Translations under genes and position numbers: made by a program
Assembly: GCA_051892935.1 (NCBI GenBank)
Contig: JBJFGS010000038.1
Span: 1 to 64,000, forward strand
DNA from: Candidatus Coprovivens sp.
Lineage (GTDB): Bacteria; Bacillota_I; Bacilli_A; RF39; UBA660
Direction of reading: 5' to 3'
DNA: 64,000 nt
In this document: positions 9,475 through 19,675 of the stretch, piece after piece
How the letters are laid out: each line of letters begins with the position of its first letter
How positions within the stretch are numbered: position 1 is the stretch's first letter
Notes under the pieces: model-generated
Database searches by the model: none
Seen by the model: the letters and a program-made list of their open reading frames with translations, nothing else
Told to the model about the DNA's origin: nothing

Positions 9475-11325
9475 CTATTCCAAAAAGCCTCTTAATTTAT
9501 TATTTTTTAAAAACATATTCCAACCAGAATTTCTCACAAAAATATTTCTTATTTCTTCAAAATCATCAATAGAAATAGTATCTTCTTTTTTATCATCATT
9601 TATAAATATAACATCTTCATTTAAATATTTCCTACAAATATCATTATATTTATTATATAAATCTAAATCATTAACAGATTTACACTTTAATTTTTTAAAA
9701 ATATTTTTTACAACAAATTCTTGAAGTGCTGATAAAGTTATTTGCTTTTCAAATCCCTCCAACACTAGACCTCTATCCAAATAATTCATATTATCAAAAT
9801 TAAACTCATCAATTTTATTTTTCATTCTATAATACAAATTCACCATATCAGAAACAGAAATATCCTTTGCAACAATATTCAAATCATAATTTCTTGTATC
9901 ATATGATTTTAATAAATCTCTAGAAAATAATTCAGTAATACAATGTTCTAAAATAAACTCTTTTCTTCTTTCGACAATTTTAGTCCTAATAGATTTCATA
10001 GTAGGCAGAGGACCATGAAAATCATATTCAATTTTCTTATCCAATAATTTTATATTATATTCTCGTTTAAAATCAATATTCTTAGCATCTAATAACTTTT
10101 CAAATTCATTTTTTGATTTTTCAAAAATACTCAATAAATATAAAGGATTATATAATTCATATATTTTTACAATTAATGCAGTCGTAGCATCATTGCCTCT
10201 TTTTAATTCAGAAGAATGACTAGCATCAAAAGTTATTTTTTCAAATATTTGGTTTTCTAAGTCAGTAGCTAAAGAATACAATTCAATAGCTCTATCAACA
10301 AATAAATCGATATCATCATTCATATTTATTCTAGTTTTAAATCGATAGTCAAAAAATGAATCTATTAATATCTTTTTAAATTGCAGCAAATAAGAATCAC
10401 CATCGTATATATAAGAACTAAAATTACCACTCTCATAATCTTTCATTAATGATTCTTTTTCTTCTACCAACATATCTACGTTTTCTCTAAATGTTTCAAA
10501 AGAAATATCATTAGTCAAATCAAATTTGCCTTTAACCTCATTACTATTTTTCATTTCACTATAAAGATTATCAAAGTATTCATTTATTATTGCTTTTATT
10601 TCCTTATTCCAATCAATAAACTTTTTTTTGTAAGCAATCTCCATAATTTCACTAATATTTTCATAATCCTCATTAGTTTTAGCTTTCTCTTCAAGTCTTT
10701 CCCATAAACGTTCACATTCAATCATATGAGAATCTAATCTTCTAAAATAATCATAATGAGACTCATTAATAACAGGTTTTAATTTTAACATATATGAAAT
10801 TTTAACTAGAAATTTATCATATAATAAAGTATTCTTACTATTTCTAAGTAATTTAATAAAGTATTCTAATCTAGAGAATCTTTTAGCTTCTAATCTAATA
10901 TTTTTCTTTTCTAAAGAAGTATAACGCGGAATAATATAAGAACTACTCTCTAACTCCGTAATACTCTTATTATCCAGACGATAATCATCATAAAAAGAAG
11001 TAGAAATAATAAATGGCACATCTTCAACCTTATCATTAGATAATTCCTTATGATTCTTATATAAAATTAAAAAGAACTCCAAAAATTTTCTATCTTTTAT
11101 TAAAATATTATCAAGCTGTTCTTTAATTCTCTTATTAATTCTAGACAATTTAGTCATATATTGTGAAATATCATATTTTGGTGTTTTTCTTAAATCCATA
11201 GTAAGTTCTCTTATATTATTTATATGAATTTCAACATTTTTATATGAAACAGCATCATTTAATCTGTATACAAATTCATCATAAAAAAGTTTAAAAGCAG
11301 AAAATTTATTTTTTTTACTAGTCAC
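9475..11325 (-). CDS. large helical hypothetical protein
   Basis: ~617-codon ORF; GTG start with GGGTGA RBS overlapping the upstream stop. Confidence 0.75.
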   Translation of the reverse strand: MTSKKNKFSAFKLFYDEFVYRLNDAVSYKNVEIHINNIRELTMDLRKTPKYDISQYMTKLSRINKRIKEQLDNILIKDRKFLEFFLILYKNHKELSNDKVEDVPFIISTSFYDDYRLDNKSITELESSSYIIPRYTSLEKKNIRLEAKRFSRLEYFIKLLRNSKNTLLYDKFLVKISYMLKLKPVINESHYDYFRRLDSHMIECERLWERLEEKAKTNEDYENISEIMEIAYKKKFIDWNKEIKAIINEYFDNLYSEMKNSNEVKGKFDLTNDISFETFRENVDMLVEEKESLMKDYESGNFSSYIYDGDSYLLQFKKILIDSFFDYRFKTRINMNDDIDLFVDRAIELYSLATDLENQIFEKITFDASHSSELKRGNDATTALIVKIYELYNPLYLLSIFEKSKNEFEKLLDAKNIDFKREYNIKLLDKKIEYDFHGPLPTMKSIRTKIVERRKEFILEHCITELFSRDLLKSYDTRNYDLNIVAKDISVSDMVNLYYRMKNKIDEFNFDNMNYLDRGLVLEGFEKQITLSALQEFVVKNIFKKLKCKSVNDLDLYNKYNDICRKYLNEDVIFINDDKKEDTISIDDFEEIRNIFVRNSGWNMFLKNNKLRGFLE

Positions 11326-11584
11326 TATAATCACCCACAATTTGTTTGAATTTTTCATTAATACTCATTAATTCGGAATATAATTTAGGAGTAGATTCCA
11401 AATTATGAATAATCGTATCTAGTAAGGATAATTGTTTATCTATCAAATCTTGGATTTCAATTTTCTCCTTTGCAACATCATCTTTTTTTGATAAATATAA
11501 AGAATTAATATCATTTTCTAATTCATCATACTTTTTTTCTAAAAGTAAACGCATAGAATTCATTTTATCAAAACTAATATTCAC
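11318..11584 (-). CDS. small coiled-coil hypothetical protein
   Basis: AGGGGA RBS before GTG; heptad pattern. Confidence 0.65.
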   Translation of the reverse strand: MNISFDKMNSMRLLLEKKYDELENDINSLYLSKKDDVAKEKIEIQDLIDKQLSLLDTIIHNLESTPKLYSELMSINEKFKQIVGDYSD

Positions 11585-11674
11585 AATCTCATCCCCTACT
11601 ATTCTACTATATAATAATAACATATTTTATAAAAGTTAAAAAGATAAAATAGAAAAAAGATAGAACATTCTATC

Positions 11675-12964
11675 TTAATCAAAAGCTAAAGAATTAACAA
11701 GACTATCATACATAGCTGAACAATCACTATTATTGTCTAAATTAACATACCTAATTTCATAAAAACTACCATTATATACCATAGTAACAAATCTATACTT
11801 TGCAATCATACCATAGCCTCCTGTACTAGCAGGATTATCTTTTAATTCAGCAACAATAATTTCATTCCATGTATTATCATTAATTTTAATCTCATTCAAT
11901 TGTGTAATATATCCATCATCAGCCGTATAGCTATTCTTTACATCATCAAAATAACTATCAACAAATCCATCTAAATTTGTAGTTTGACCATAGCTAACTC
12001 TAACAACGCAATTATCTCCATATGTGTAATATTTGCTAAATTTATCATCAGTTTTTAACATAAATTTAGTGTCTATCTTATAATTTAATCCCCCAAGTGA
12101 AACATAACCACTTTTCTCAGGATCAGACCTAAATTTAAAGAACAAAAATATTAACGCACAAGAAAATAAAACAAAACAAATTGTATTAAAAATAAAACTA
12201 GCATTAACATTAAAAGATTTCGATGTGCTATTTTTTTTAAAAAAATTAAAAGTATTATCAGAATTTTTTTCTAAATTATTTCCCCAATTAATAGCTGGCT
12301 TTTCTTTATTTTTTTTCGTTTTCCTTTTGCTAGATTGCTCAATATTTTGAGCAACTTGATTATTTTGTATTATTTCTTGCCCTTGCGATGATAAAACTCC
12401 ATCATTAGGATCAGCAAAAACAGTTTCCTGAACAACAGAAGTATTCTGTTCTATAGAATTATCAATAACATTATTTTGTTCAATATTGATATTTTGATTA
12501 ACATTATTATCAGATTTTTTTTCATTATTAGAAAAATCATCTGCAGAAAAAAATGGATTATTAACATTTTTAGCACTATTTTTCTGCATTGCCTCTATAG
12601 CATTTATTTCATCCTTACTTCTAAAACGCGAATCATTTGAAAAAATTTTTTCAATTGCTGTCCTTTCATCATATTGCATAGAATTAAGGCTATCCATTTC
12701 TTTTTTATAGAAATTGGCAGGTTTTGAGCCGTTTGAAAAAACAGCATTATCATTAGATTCTTGAACAACTTCATTAATTTTAACAGAAATATCAGGGACA
12801 CTATTAAAAATATTATCTTGACTCTTGGTAACCGCTGCCCCAATTTGGTCATTAAAACCATTCATAAAATCTATTTGAGGCTTAGCTTGAATATCAGCGC
12901 CACACATATAACATTTTTTCTTAGTATCATCCAAAATAGTTCCACATTTTGGGCACTTTTTCAT
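11675..12964 (-). CDS. zinc-ribbon / TM / PsbP-like extracellular domain protein
   Basis: CPKCG..CYMCG at N-terminus, single TM, C-terminal beta-rich domain. Confidence 0.8.
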   Translation of the reverse strand: MKKCPKCGTILDDTKKKCYMCGADIQAKPQIDFMNGFNDQIGAAVTKSQDNIFNSVPDISVKINEVVQESNDNAVFSNGSKPANFYKKEMDSLNSMQYDERTAIEKIFSNDSRFRSKDEINAIEAMQKNSAKNVNNPFFSADDFSNNEKKSDNNVNQNINIEQNNVIDNSIEQNTSVVQETVFADPNDGVLSSQGQEIIQNNQVAQNIEQSSKRKTKKNKEKPAINWGNNLEKNSDNTFNFFKKNSTSKSFNVNASFIFNTICFVLFSCALIFLFFKFRSDPEKSGYVSLGGLNYKIDTKFMLKTDDKFSKYYTYGDNCVVRVSYGQTTNLDGFVDSYFDDVKNSYTADDGYITQLNEIKINDNTWNEIIVAELKDNPASTGGYGMIAKYRFVTMVYNGSFYEIRYVNLDNNSDCSAMYDSLVNSLAFD

Positions 12965-12980
12965 TTAACCCCTCCTAGAA

Positions 12981-13868
12981 TTATTTCGCTTGAGAATCAA
13001 CAAATTTAAGGGATCTAGCAAAATTATCTAAAGATGCATTACAAGCTGTATCATTACTATTATTAACCAATATAATATCATAGTAATATCCTTTATACAT
13101 CGAAGTCATAAACTTATATCTTAATTGCGTAGGTTCACTAGTTTTATCCTTTTTATAAAAAATATTCATATAATGCCATGAAGCATCATTTAAAGTTAAA
13201 CTACTTTCTTGAGCAGTATAAATTTTCAACTCATCAACTACATTACCAGAAGAATCCTTTTCAGGCTCTAAAGCTGCTTTTTGAGTAGTAAACCAATCTT
13301 TAACATGATCTCCAGAAGTACTCGTACCTATAGCTATAGTAATAGAACAATCAGTACCTTTATTACCACTTTTGTTAAAAACCACTCCATTATTTGAGCT
13401 ATTACCAACCTGTTGTAAAGTATCATCAACTTCAAAATATAAATTGTTAAACACCGGAGTTAAAGGAACTTCTTTTGTTTTACTCTTATAATAAAAGACT
13501 CCTATAACAACTAATAATATAGCAACTCCAATAACTGAAATAATTCTAACAATACTCTTATTTTCACTAAAAAAATCAAACATATCCTTTTCGCCATTTT
13601 TAACAGGCTTTAATTCAACGTTACGATAATTATTCTTATTATTCAAATAATTATCTTTCATTTGATTATATGAAGGATTACTAAAACCAGATCCACTGCC
13701 AAAATCACTATTATTATTAAAACTAGCACCAGAACCAAAAGCAGTATCATTAGACCTATTAAAATTATTAGTGTTATTATCTGGAACATATGTTTTAACA
13801 TTTATTCCACACATAAAGCAAACATCCTTGCCTTCTTCCATAAAAGCACCACATTTAGGACATCTCAT
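12981..13868 (-). CDS. zinc-ribbon / TM / PsbP-like extracellular domain protein
   Basis: CPKCG..CFMCG, single TM, C-terminal domain similar to the neighbour. Confidence 0.8.
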   Translation of the reverse strand: MRCPKCGAFMEEGKDVCFMCGINVKTYVPDNNTNNFNRSNDTAFGSGASFNNNSDFGSGSGFSNPSYNQMKDNYLNNKNNYRNVELKPVKNGEKDMFDFFSENKSIVRIISVIGVAILLVVIGVFYYKSKTKEVPLTPVFNNLYFEVDDTLQQVGNSSNNGVVFNKSGNKGTDCSITIAIGTSTSGDHVKDWFTTQKAALEPEKDSSGNVVDELKIYTAQESSLTLNDASWHYMNIFYKKDKTSEPTQLRYKFMTSMYKGYYYDIILVNNSNDTACNASLDNFARSLKFVDSQAK

Positions 13869-13878
13869 AAAATCACCT

Positions 13879-14100
13879 CTATAAATTCATATCAATAGAT
13901 TTAGTCTTAAAAGTTATTATATCCCTAACTTTTTTTAGTAAACCTAAATCTTTACTATTATTAACAACTTCTTGTAAATAGCTTTCTACAGATTGATAAT
14001 ATTTATCGAATTCTTCCCTATTTCCAAGGCGTACCAATTGACTCAAATAAGAAACAATCAAGTCTTTTCTGAAATTAACATTACTCTCCAATTTTACCAA
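13879..14100 (-). CDS. hypothetical protein
   Basis: 73-aa ORF overlapping the upstream gene, operon-like spacing. Confidence 0.6.
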   Translation of the reverse strand: MVKLESNVNFRKDLIVSYLSQLVRLGNREEFDKYYQSVESYLQEVVNNSKDLGLLKKVRDIITFKTKSIDMNL

Positions 14101-14410
14101 TCCTCTCTAATTTAAATTCATCAAGTATTAAATTAACTAATTCTAATATTAAATCACATGCAATATTAGTACTACTTACCTTCAATTCTTGTTTATTAAT
14201 AATACAAAAAACTAATTTATTTAAAAATAAATATGGATCATCTTCTAATAAAATAGTTAAACGATATTCAAGTGGTTCAATATTATAAAGCTTGCTTTTA
14301 TATAAATCTTTACCAGCTAATGCAAAACTAGATTCGATTATATCAATATTCTCCTTCAAACGTTTAATCAACTCTTTAATAAAGTCTTCTTTAAACCTCA
14401 TATATATCAT
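14081..14410 (-). CDS. hypothetical protein, possibly a miniature ProA/ALDH-like fragment
   Basis: GGGGA RBS; weak pattern similarity to the ProA N-terminal half. Confidence 0.6.
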   Translation of the reverse strand: MIYMRFKEDFIKELIKRLKENIDIIESSFALAGKDLYKSKLYNIEPLEYRLTILLEDDPYLFLNKLVFCIINKQELKVSSTNIACDLILELVNLILDEFKLERIGKIGE

Positions 14411-14484
14411 TCCCCATATTTTATATAAATACCATATATAATAAAATTATAACACAGAAAAAAGAAGTTATCATCTTCTTTTAA

Positions 14485-14799
14485 TTATTTTTCGTTTTTT
14501 TCATCAAAATATTTAACTATTACATATAAAACAAAACAAATTACAAATATTTGAAAGATAATTTCATTTGTAAAAAATTCACTCATCTCTATTCCAAAAA
14601 GAGATATAGTAATACCAAATAATATTCTTTCAACATAAGCAATAATAATACCTAATTTACCCTTTTTATCGGTAACAAGTTCTAAATGATAATCGAATCT
14701 TGTCTTTTTACTAACATGATTCATTAAATAATTAAAATAAACCAAAATTGGAATAAAAGTAATGCATAATCCAATTATTATAATAATTCCTTCTATCAT
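14485..14799 (-). CDS. small 3-TM membrane protein
   Basis: Three hydrophobic segments; GGAGG RBS; starts 2 nt after the upstream stop. Confidence 0.7.
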   Translation of the reverse strand: MIEGIIIIIGLCITFIPILVYFNYLMNHVSKKTRFDYHLELVTDKKGKLGIIIAYVERILFGITISLFGIEMSEFFTNEIIFQIFVICFVLYVIVKYFDEKNEK

Positions 14800-14801
14800 A
14801 T

Positions 14802-15851
14802 TTAACCTCCTAAAATTTCATTAATATAAATACAACTATCACTTTTAAAACCTTTTTTTACAAACTCTGGCTTTTCAAATGATTTAGAAGAATAATTATA
14901 ATCTATCATAAACTCATAATACGAAATATCAGTAGATTTATTATCTTCATAACACATCTTTTTACTATCACTTATAATAACTCTAAAGTATAAATTCTTT
15001 TTATCAAAAGAAATATGAATACTTTTATCTCTATTTAAAACAACATTATCTACTATAATAGGAAACTTATCATTAAGATTATATAAAAGTCCATCAGTAC
15101 CAATTACTTTAAAATTATTATTATACTTATTATCATTTTCATCTTTTTCTATAATAACTAAATAAGCACCATAAGGATAAAACTCAGGCATTGTTTCAAA
15201 ATCTTTAAAAGTATAACTATATAAAATATTACCACTATTATTAGTTATGCTAATAGTATAAGATTCTCCATTAACATGTTTAAATTCAATAAGCATTTTA
15301 GATGATAAACCCTCAATTTTTCGAGAACTAACATCAAAATAATCTTTAGTAATTGTTGCTTCTTTTAATAATAATTGATAATCCGTCAAAGGAATTTTAT
15401 CTTTATACTCCTTAAAACTATTAACTACATCTAAAGATGTAACAGCATAATTCTTATAGTAAACCTCATCATTATACTTTATATAATAACTTTTTCTTTC
15501 TTCATTAACCATTATATTCAAATCTTTAGTTTTTCCTTCACCTAATAAAAAAGTACCAATACAAGAACTTCTATAAATATAATAATTATCATTAATAATT
15601 AATATATAATTGTTAATTTTACTTAAAATACAACCTTTAAACAAAGTCTTAGAGCCATTTAAATCATTTGAATAAGAATAAAATCCATTATAATTATCTT
15701 TAATAGAATTATCACCGAAACTATCTAATAAATCATCTATTACAGTGTCATCTTTTTTTATAAGAATAGCTCCGCCAAAAGCCAATAAACATAATACTAC
15801 TAAGAAGAAAAGAAATTTAACATTCTTTTTTGTCCTACTCTTCATAAGCAT
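14802..15851 (-). CDS. membrane-anchored extracellular hypothetical protein
   Basis: N-terminal TM anchor, Tyr/Asn-rich beta domain with Cys pairs. Confidence 0.75.
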   Translation of the reverse strand: MLMKSRTKKNVKFLFFLVVLCLLAFGGAILIKKDDTVIDDLLDSFGDNSIKDNYNGFYSYSNDLNGSKTLFKGCILSKINNYILIINDNYYIYRSSCIGTFLLGEGKTKDLNIMVNEERKSYYIKYNDEVYYKNYAVTSLDVVNSFKEYKDKIPLTDYQLLLKEATITKDYFDVSSRKIEGLSSKMLIEFKHVNGESYTISITNNSGNILYSYTFKDFETMPEFYPYGAYLVIIEKDENDNKYNNNFKVIGTDGLLYNLNDKFPIIVDNVVLNRDKSIHISFDKKNLYFRVIISDSKKMCYEDNKSTDISYYEFMIDYNYSSKSFEKPEFVKKGFKSDSCIYINEILGG

Positions 15852-15912
15852 TCTCCTATACTATACAAATTATAACATATCTATGATTATTTTACATAAA
15901 AAAAGAAAAGCA

Positions 15913-17001
15913 TTACTTTTCTTTTTTTCTATGAACCAATGAAAAAGTATCTTTTTCATCATCACTAAAATCTGCTATACTACCTAATTCTAATTGAGAT
16001 TGAGTCAATTTCATCATAATCTCTTTTTGATTATTAAAAGCTTTTGATATCTCAAGCAAACACTTATTTCTCTTTCCATCTAACTCTTGTTTTCTTTTAA
16101 CATAATGGTGAAGGAAGAAAGACTCTAATAAATTATAAAAAGTTTTAGCATCATATTTATCATCGTTATGTTGTTCGAAATAATCAAAAAACTTAGAAAC
16201 AACCATTATAGAAGTAACTTCATCTAAATCTTCTTTTACTACTCTTTCAATCCCCAAACCATCAATTTCTGTTTTAAAAGATCCACCAAATAAATCATTA
16301 ATAGTTAAAACTGCAGCATTCAAGAATAAATCATTTCTTAAAAATTCCATTACAACAGCGCCTAATAAAGTAGTATATTCTTCTCTAGTTTTATCATATC
16401 TATCATGTTTTTCTTTTATATCCTTCTCAGACTTTTTTTTAAACAAAGCTAACTCTTTTTTTAAACGTTCCAAATCTTTGGCTTTCATTCTACGTAATAA
16501 AAGACTTCCTCTTTCAATATTATAAATAGTATCATTCATTCTCGATTCATCCATACCAACTTTTATAACAGTACTAGAATAATTATGATAATCATTTTCT
16601 ACATGACCATATAAAGAAGAAATTCTAATCATTGGAACATCGTGCAATTTCATTCTTATCTTATGAATTACTTCGTCAATATTAAAAATAACTGACGAAA
16701 GTTTTCTTCTTTCCTCGTATAATTTATCAACATTGGTAGTAAGTCCATTCAATGAACCAATAATATCTGCAATATCATTTAATTTTTTTTGTTTAATATA
16801 AGCTTTATAACGTTCATAGCAGATAGATTCAGCATCAGTTAATAAAAATTTTGATATTGCATCAATAATACCATTTTCATCCAACAATAAAATATCAATG
16901 CCATATTCAGCTAACATTTCACCAATATTATCTTGATTCTTCAATATTTCTATCTTTTTTAAAACATCATTTATATCCTTTAACAATTTCTCATCTACCA
17001 T
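15913..17001 (-). CDS. coiled-coil hypothetical protein
   Basis: 362-aa helical ORF, AGGTG RBS. Confidence 0.75.
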   Translation of the reverse strand: MVDEKLLKDINDVLKKIEILKNQDNIGEMLAEYGIDILLLDENGIIDAISKFLLTDAESICYERYKAYIKQKKLNDIADIIGSLNGLTTNVDKLYEERRKLSSVIFNIDEVIHKIRMKLHDVPMIRISSLYGHVENDYHNYSSTVIKVGMDESRMNDTIYNIERGSLLLRRMKAKDLERLKKELALFKKKSEKDIKEKHDRYDKTREEYTTLLGAVVMEFLRNDLFLNAAVLTINDLFGGSFKTEIDGLGIERVVKEDLDEVTSIMVVSKFFDYFEQHNDDKYDAKTFYNLLESFFLHHYVKRKQELDGKRNKCLLEISKAFNNQKEIMMKLTQSQLELGSIADFSDDEKDTFSLVHRKKEK

Positions 17002-17079
17002 AAAAACACCTTTTTTCTAAAATCCAATACTTTTCTAAACGTGTATTATTCTATCATAGCAAAACAAATTTAGCAATTT

Positions 17080-17105
17080 AAAAAGCCTATTTACAAGGCT
17101 TTTTT
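17080..17105. terminator. intrinsic terminator after spoIVB
   Basis: AAAAAGCCT-ATTTACA-AGGCTTTTTT. Confidence 0.75.
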
Positions 17106-17110
17106 ACACA

Positions 17111-18076
17111 CTATTGTAACAACTTATCTCCTTCTTCTAACATTGTTACAATACTTATTCCATAACCTTTAGAAACATCATCAATTAACACTCTAGTAAC
17201 AGCTCCTATTATTTTATTGTCTTGAATAATTGGTGAGCCACTCATTCCCTGAACAATTCCCCCACTCATACTAAGTAAATCTTTATCAATTACTTCAAAA
17301 TAAATATTTTTATCACTATTATTTTTATTAACTTCTAATATTTTTATTTCATAACTAGTTATCTCATTATCTTTATCAGTAGTTCTAATATATGCTTTAC
17401 CAACTTTTATATCATCAATCTGTCCAACTTCTAATAATTCTCTATCGTATATATTATTTACTATCCCAAATACACCATACTTAGTATTATTATTTATACT
17501 ACCAAATATCTCATTTTTATCTATACTAGCATTCTTACTACCAGGATTACCATCATTACTCTTAGTAAAACTAGTTACATAAGCATCATAACTATAACCA
17601 GATTTTACTTCCAACAATTGATTTGTTTGACTTAAATTTAAACTATGTCCCAACACTCCATAAACACTACTATTAGGATCAATATATGTAAGAGTACCAA
17701 TTCCTAAGACATTACTTTTTACATATATCCCAGATTTATAATTACCATTATTATAAACTAATTTTAAATCTGTATTATACTCTTTATTATTTCTACTATA
17801 AGTAATATCTACTATATTATTATCCATATATTCAACTAATAATTTAGACAACTCATTAGCATTATTAACTTCAATATTATTAACTTTTAGTATCTTATCC
17901 CCTATACGTAAATTACGATTAATTCTTTCCCCATTAACATCATAAAAACCAACTACAACTACTCCTTTACTATTTACTTCAATTCCTAAAGTATCACCAC
18001 CAGGAATTATATATTTACTATAAGCAAATACATAAAAAGGTATTAATAGTAATAATAACCATAGTATTTTTTTCAT
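17111..18076 (-). CDS. spoIVB: SpoIVB peptidase (S55) with PDZ domain
   Basis: IPGG..GI..KGVVVVG, GIGTLTYIDP, LGH, GIVQGMSGSPIIQ..IIGAVT. Confidence 0.93.
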   Translation of the reverse strand: MKKILWLLLLLIPFYVFAYSKYIIPGGDTLGIEVNSKGVVVVGFYDVNGERINRNLRIGDKILKVNNIEVNNANELSKLLVEYMDNNIVDITYSRNNKEYNTDLKLVYNNGNYKSGIYVKSNVLGIGTLTYIDPNSSVYGVLGHSLNLSQTNQLLEVKSGYSYDAYVTSFTKSNDGNPGSKNASIDKNEIFGSINNNTKYGVFGIVNNIYDRELLEVGQIDDIKVGKAYIRTTDKDNEITSYEIKILEVNKNNSDKNIYFEVIDKDLLSMSGGIVQGMSGSPIIQDNKIIGAVTRVLIDDVSKGYGISIVTMLEEGDKLLQ

Positions 18077-18134
18077 ATTATCACCTACTATTAGTATAAC
18101 TTTTAAATAAATATCTACTATACCAATTAATACC

Positions 18135-18161
18135 AAAAATAGTATCCAATCGGATACTATT
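18135..18161 (-). terminator. intrinsic terminator
   Basis: AATAGTATCC-GATT-GGATACTATTTTT. Confidence 0.8.
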
Positions 18162-19617
18162 CAATTATTTTTATCTGGTATATACTATTATCAATAATAA
18201 TATAATCATCATATATATTGATTTTATTCCCACTAATATCATCTAAATAATTACCATCTAAATCATACAAAGTTAAAACTTGTCCATCTTTATTTTCTTT
18301 TAAATAACCATAATAATAAGTATTCTTAATAACTAACTCTCCAAGACCAAATGGAACTTCCTTCCAATTAGAATCAAAGTATTTTTTCTCTATTTCTTCT
18401 TTATTATTAATAAACGATACACAAATAACATCTCTACTAGCATAAAATATTTTATCTATTTTCTTTACATTGTCTAATTTAAATTCAAATAAAACATTGA
18501 ATTGATTATCATATATAGAAACATTATATTCATCATCATAAGTATAAAGAACATCATTAAAATCAAATCCAACTTGATTAATTTTTTTAACTATATTATT
18601 TCCATCAATAATATAAAGTGTATGTTTATCATACTCAATACCATTCTTAGCTTCTAAATAATTATTAACAACTACTACTTTACCATCAACTTTATATAAA
18701 TTAATACTATTAAAACTACTTCTTAAATCAAATTCAATTAATGAATCATAATTCATATCAAAATCAGTTATTTTTTCATATTTATTACTATATAGAGCCA
18801 TCTTATTTTTAGTATCAACTATTAAATAATAATCATTATAATAGTCTATAACACTATATTTAAAAGAAATCAAAGCTTCATCATTCTTATCAATAATTCC
18901 ATATTTATTCTTATCATTAACAGCTATAAAAGAATCATCATAAGTATTAATAATATTATAGTATTTATAATCTATAACAACATTGCCAAGAGTATCAACA
19001 ACACCCATTAAATTATCATTATTTTTTACCACCAAATAATTCTCATTATAAGTAAAATAAATACCATTATCATTAAAATCCCCAACTAAAGAAGAATCAT
19101 TAATAACTAAAATACCACTATTATTAAGATTATATAAATATAAATCATCATCTACCATACTAGCAAAACCTATAATATAAGAATCATTAATACCTTTATA
19201 TAAAATAGGTTTTACTAAAGAAACACCATCTATCTCATAAAACTTATTTATTTCTTTTCCATCAAAGGTATAAGTGATAAGTTTATTATTGTTATTACTA
19301 TATATTAAATATTTACCATCTTTCATTTTATACATAGAATCATATTTAAACTCTTCAATACTCTTATATACTTCATGACCTAAATTGTCAATAATAACGT
19401 CTATTGTATTATTATCATAAGTTCCAATAAAATAAGTATTATCTATATTATTCAAATTATAATCAGAAGAATACAATTGATTTATTCTTACATTTAATAA
19501 TTTTTCATCATTATTTCTGATTTTAAAAAATGCATATATTGCAAATAAAAAAACTATCAATAATAGTACACAAACAACTATTATAACTATATATCTATTT
19601 CTTTTCTCATTTTCCAT
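18157..19617 (-). CDS. WG-repeat surface protein
   Basis: N-terminal TM; LMGVVD..G..VID.KY, KYGIID, KMALY repeats. Confidence 0.8.
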   Translation of the reverse strand: MENEKRNRYIVIIVVCVLLLIVFLFAIYAFFKIRNNDEKLLNVRINQLYSSDYNLNNIDNTYFIGTYDNNTIDVIIDNLGHEVYKSIEEFKYDSMYKMKDGKYLIYSNNNNKLITYTFDGKEINKFYEIDGVSLVKPILYKGINDSYIIGFASMVDDDLYLYNLNNSGILVINDSSLVGDFNDNGIYFTYNENYLVVKNNDNLMGVVDTLGNVVIDYKYYNIINTYDDSFIAVNDKNKYGIIDKNDEALISFKYSVIDYYNDYYLIVDTKNKMALYSNKYEKITDFDMNYDSLIEFDLRSSFNSINLYKVDGKVVVVNNYLEAKNGIEYDKHTLYIIDGNNIVKKINQVGFDFNDVLYTYDDEYNVSIYDNQFNVLFEFKLDNVKKIDKIFYASRDVICVSFINNKEEIEKKYFDSNWKEVPFGLGELVIKNTYYYGYLKENKDGQVLTLYDLDGNYLDDISGNKINIYDDYIIIDNSIYQIKIIE

Positions 19618-19675
19618 ATTATCACTTCATACATAATTATAACAAAAATAACAAATAAAAAAAAGGCAATTAAAA

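Noticed and set aside
18090-18125. sigmaF/sigmaG promoter for spoIVB (GTATA..TATACTA)
   Set aside because: Spacing does not fit either consensus well
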